Origin: Eubacteriales bacterium
GTDB lineage: Bacteria > Bacillota > Clostridia > Oscillospirales > CAG-272
Direction: 5' to 3'
NCBI GenBank assembly: GCA_045661325.1
Contig: JAZRFK010000087.1
Location: forward strand, 148-64,147
DNA length: 64,000 nt
Shown here: positions 63,201 to 64,000 of the stretch, piece after piece
How positions within the stretch are numbered: the stretch's first letter is position 1
Layout: each line of letters opens with the position of its first letter
Position numbers and translations under genes: made by a program
Notes under the pieces: generated by a model
The model's input: the letters and a program-made list of their open reading frames with translations, nothing else
Told to the model about the DNA's origin: nothing
Databases searched by the model: none

Positions 63201-63361
63201 CCTACGTACAGGTCGTCATAGCTGTCGGCGGTGCTACCTGCGCTTTGAGAGGGCTCCGTTCCCGACAGAGTGGTATCCGCCGAGGCGGGAAAAACTGCCG
63301 TGGGAATGAGCGTTACCAGCATACAAAGCAGTAAAAACGCGCTTACGATTCTCTTTTTCAT
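57278..63361 (-). CDS. Array paralog G (about 2027 aa)
   Basis: RBS AAGGAG; same architecture; alternative GTG start at 63364. Confidence 0.75.
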   Translation of the reverse strand: MKKRIVSAFLLLCMLVTLIPTAVFPASADTTLSGTEPSQSAGSTADSYDDLYVGADGSKTGNGGELTVLLTGFQNAASYNLTEGQWTNVAPGATRHATINGAWTEGAKGGIGYDLAAADYSKYIALDPSLLPTDAYTLEIVSSVRGLTVNGDGVTVPEATSYNNPAGFSLGRFRAFFWYGSQSSNNRKLNSFVHMITESDTTTDDNWNKCGAATNNWNDTTNIWQGDTSVITAGITLTSDTVSGKYIYTFAKNGANATPGSANSCPITAGSVYQGNFILFRSVPATVYSVRLYTKALTEAEVTRNRAIDILLYIGAPFSLYAGLNEEDKETFLLQVSKKSMDVTVRDLEDIIEQLEAIRAKEEAARKMTAYDALYIGADGSKTENGGSLTMLLTAYDTASTVFAGESGVWYDKMGNHNGTFIGSVWGSLTGGGVGYDITINPANATAGTKNVDAYLNIGGAAIPKEDYTLETVVKYGYPQEIDADGNVLGKYSGAHLATTVSDAIGQFKAIYERGTSTTLGGAHYVRWFISPAEGGWQTGNYLNNQLWPESSRVDTAIYTQQIVRDLTVTSNEITATFKVLKNGAMTKTGTFTSLGEVSTYEAGKGTTLGYKYYTDADSDSAFYLFRRTPVAVYSVRMYDAILTEYEIKYNHFVDLLAYSGTDASAYTDLSAEERAFVVDALAQMSFADKNAFETALKDTLALLKSDWKKEESLYVTDGLVVLLSSYDGFSTAARIDAASGVVWANAVTAGTYGTLVGAGWYRNEDGGLRLRETVSQADADAKKVNLRTRSGADFYLDLDYSFLPAEDYTIETVLSPEGITVEDAEGNITWYTDDYSTYGRYYERAFILGAFRCMGFACYSHKDNGNMERRWLYQSEGGWDDFKPLPARVHVGTDTAFAGLTPGQIVNYTIKHDLIRNTETDALSSQYTIIGDGNIYMNSSIGADMYIAKDDVKDQRFNIWRGLASTMYSVRVYDRLLTEDEMLQNRVADVCYYFDLDISMLSEALSSISDKTIVFKAFSELSFEMTKEEAQSVLDNAMAGIWVRTDGVGIKSDMSDAIRFYFTLQYPAIAAIMAAGFKVELGTLVNVGKDENPVADGAYDYRFIAFNSVSGKTSAYFLDEDTYAVTLYYQHANRELYNEKIRVVSYVKLTDAEGNDIYFYSGLGNSAYDTNTSLFSVYKYLQGRPGIAAEGLTGFLEALVLDCYYEETIYFDSYAEGTGDGSKEAPYTNFNDAFDACKALLVALDKPTNITLFVEGGLHRVSEVAELDFDEVLYSDYTFNIEGDFEADEAPELTTVLDIPTSAFKAVEGKDGLYVFEFAPDAEGNYPKFRNLYVDGMTADLAHSTPTTTAYGEFPIISRFDRDMEGTFLKAEYYYDNGVLTEHTPAVEYAAVNRPDLLASYTKHYEWFLALGDLKAKYNDLTLSKDAFKALTVADVRSGMGANYAEGFAHFHALLCQAKDGQIKVSNVDYTLPAIANNDDRAGVLYLPVETVEALRATVEAKLAALKEAGTYVAGESEKLVLQGSGLELHAHANWDYNIIDVDGIDFEDVAYYYDARHKTVETCVAVYANKEQYVKFAIPPDNSMANRYVFLRNALEFVDEEGEYYYDVNNGLLYYYTEQGLDGLTVSYPTMDNLLVFHEVRNLLISDLTIWGVDDYTMTRNGLAAGQAGNNNLGDALKLETSFSRRAAIAMYNAYGVTIRDCYIHDIGGAGIYMEGRVEDAVITGNELEMIGDSGIRIRGYAAGNNEFSYRSGAENVTITHNYLHEIAQSVYCAPALYMASCKDVEIANNTIIGCNYSGMSLGWSWSKATWEEHGGYNLYNVNIHHNYITDFMQFLSDGGAIYMLGGNLKPDNPKQINFIHHNFVVFSDTTGNGLGQHCTGYYFDGSSTNWSNYNNILVEQSAGADRGEKANASDRDYALYLRRVGSHFFFKQHTTTGSAWSYNIHSSDNFVFNVRSMGTTAQQKEVFHMGSDAQWQACGHKVSGTRYFNGNNKLSFPAAVKTLIEETGARMCPGDWGWLLDNEY

Positions 63362-63494
63362 CACAAATCTCCTTGCTTTTTCGATAAAAATCTTCCAGCC
63401 CCTTCTCGTTTCTCGACATTGCGAGCCGGGAGGGCGGAAGGGCTTTCCCCGTTCCGTATCGGAACGAGGCTATCATACGTAGATTTATGTTAAT

Positions 63495-63523
63495 AGTATA
63501 ACAAAAGCGCTGGTGCTTGTCAA
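63495..63523 (-). promoter_or_regulatory. sigmaA-type promoter of paralog G
   Basis: TTGACA-17 nt-TATACT with extended TG. Confidence 0.75.
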
Positions 63524-63711
63524 CAAATTCTGCCATTTTTGTCAAAAAGGTCAAATCCGCTCCCCCAATTTTGTGAATTTTAAACAAACAGGGAAAGGCG
63601 GCGCTTTTTTATGCTCAAAAAAAGCGACTTACCGTCTTTCTTTTTTCACTACCCACGCTTTCCGATTTTGTCAAACGAATTATCCTTTTGCCGCCTTTTT
63701 CCAAAAAGCGC

Positions 63712-63740
63712 AAAGCGGCAAGGCCGAGGCCTTGCCGCTT
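63712..63740 (-). terminator. Terminator-like hairpin after paralog H
   Basis: AAGCGGCAAGGC-loop-GCCTTGCCGCTTT; same stem as after F and G, but a short T tail. Confidence 0.65.
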
Positions 63741-63761
63741 CTCTGATAAGAGCTGACGCAA

Positions 63762-64000
63762 TTAGTATTCATTTCCCACAAGCCAGGTCCAATCACCCGG
63801 ATGCATACGAGCGCCGCATTCCTCAATCAACGTCTTTATGGCTGTCGGGAAGCTCAGCTTTTCGCTGCCGGTATAATACCGCGTTCCCGTGAGCGTATGA
63901 CCGTGCTGCGCCCAGAGCTTGCCCATATTGAAGCACTCTTCCTGCTGCTTTGCCGCCGTGGTGGCGCGCACGTTGAAGATAAAGTTGTCGGTGGAGTGAA
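63762..64000 (-). CDS. Array paralog H, 3' end only (gene continues beyond the window)
   Basis: ...HSTDNFIFNVRATTAAKQQEECFNMG...IEECGARMHPGDWTWLVGNEY* matches the tail of A-G. Confidence 0.85.
   Translation of the reverse strand, partial: HSTDNFIFNVRATTAAKQQEECFNMGKLWAQHGHTLTGTRYYTGSEKLSFPTAIKTLIEECGARMHPGDWTWLVGNEY

Larger units (their letters stand above)
17763..64000 (-). repeat. Tandem paralog array of at least 8 units of about 6.3-6.5 kb (promoter-gene-terminator)
   Basis: Collinear conserved peptide and DNA motifs in every unit. Confidence 0.95.

Noticed and set aside
17763-64000. Diversity-generating retroelement, shufflon or silent-cassette phase variation as the source of paralog diversity
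   Set aside because: No reverse transcriptase, recombinase, template/variable repeat pair or inverted cassettes are visible here, and all complete copies have their own promoter and RBS. Factors outside the window cannot be excluded.

Overview
Window from a probably spore-forming Clostridia-class Firmicute, judged from the T-box, the rimP-nusA-ylxR-L7Ae-infB operon, and a SpoVB-like gene with a sigmaE-like promoter. Bases 1-17.7 kb are mostly housekeeping: asnS-asnA under an Asn T-box, a GH5-like glycosidase, gap, a small glycopolymer cluster (SGNH, TagA/WecG, DUF1836, WcaJ-like, O-antigen-ligase-like), a SpoVB-like flippase and the rimP-infB operon. From 17.76 kb to the window end (about 46 kb) is a head-to-tail minus-strand array of at least 8 paralogous genes (7 complete at about 2,010-2,100 aa, 1 truncated by the edge), interrupted only by one EEP-family gene. 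Each complete paralog has a Sec signal peptide, three LamG/ConA-like modules with variable loops, a highly conserved domain of about 140 aa, a GH141-like right-handed beta-helix region with optional helical inserts, and a conserved ...PGxWxWxxxxxY C-terminal tail with no known cell-wall anchor. Each complete copy has its own sigmaA-like promoter and terminator, and most share a fixed-position two-box upstream motif. All family assignments come from motif recognition by eye; no searches were run.
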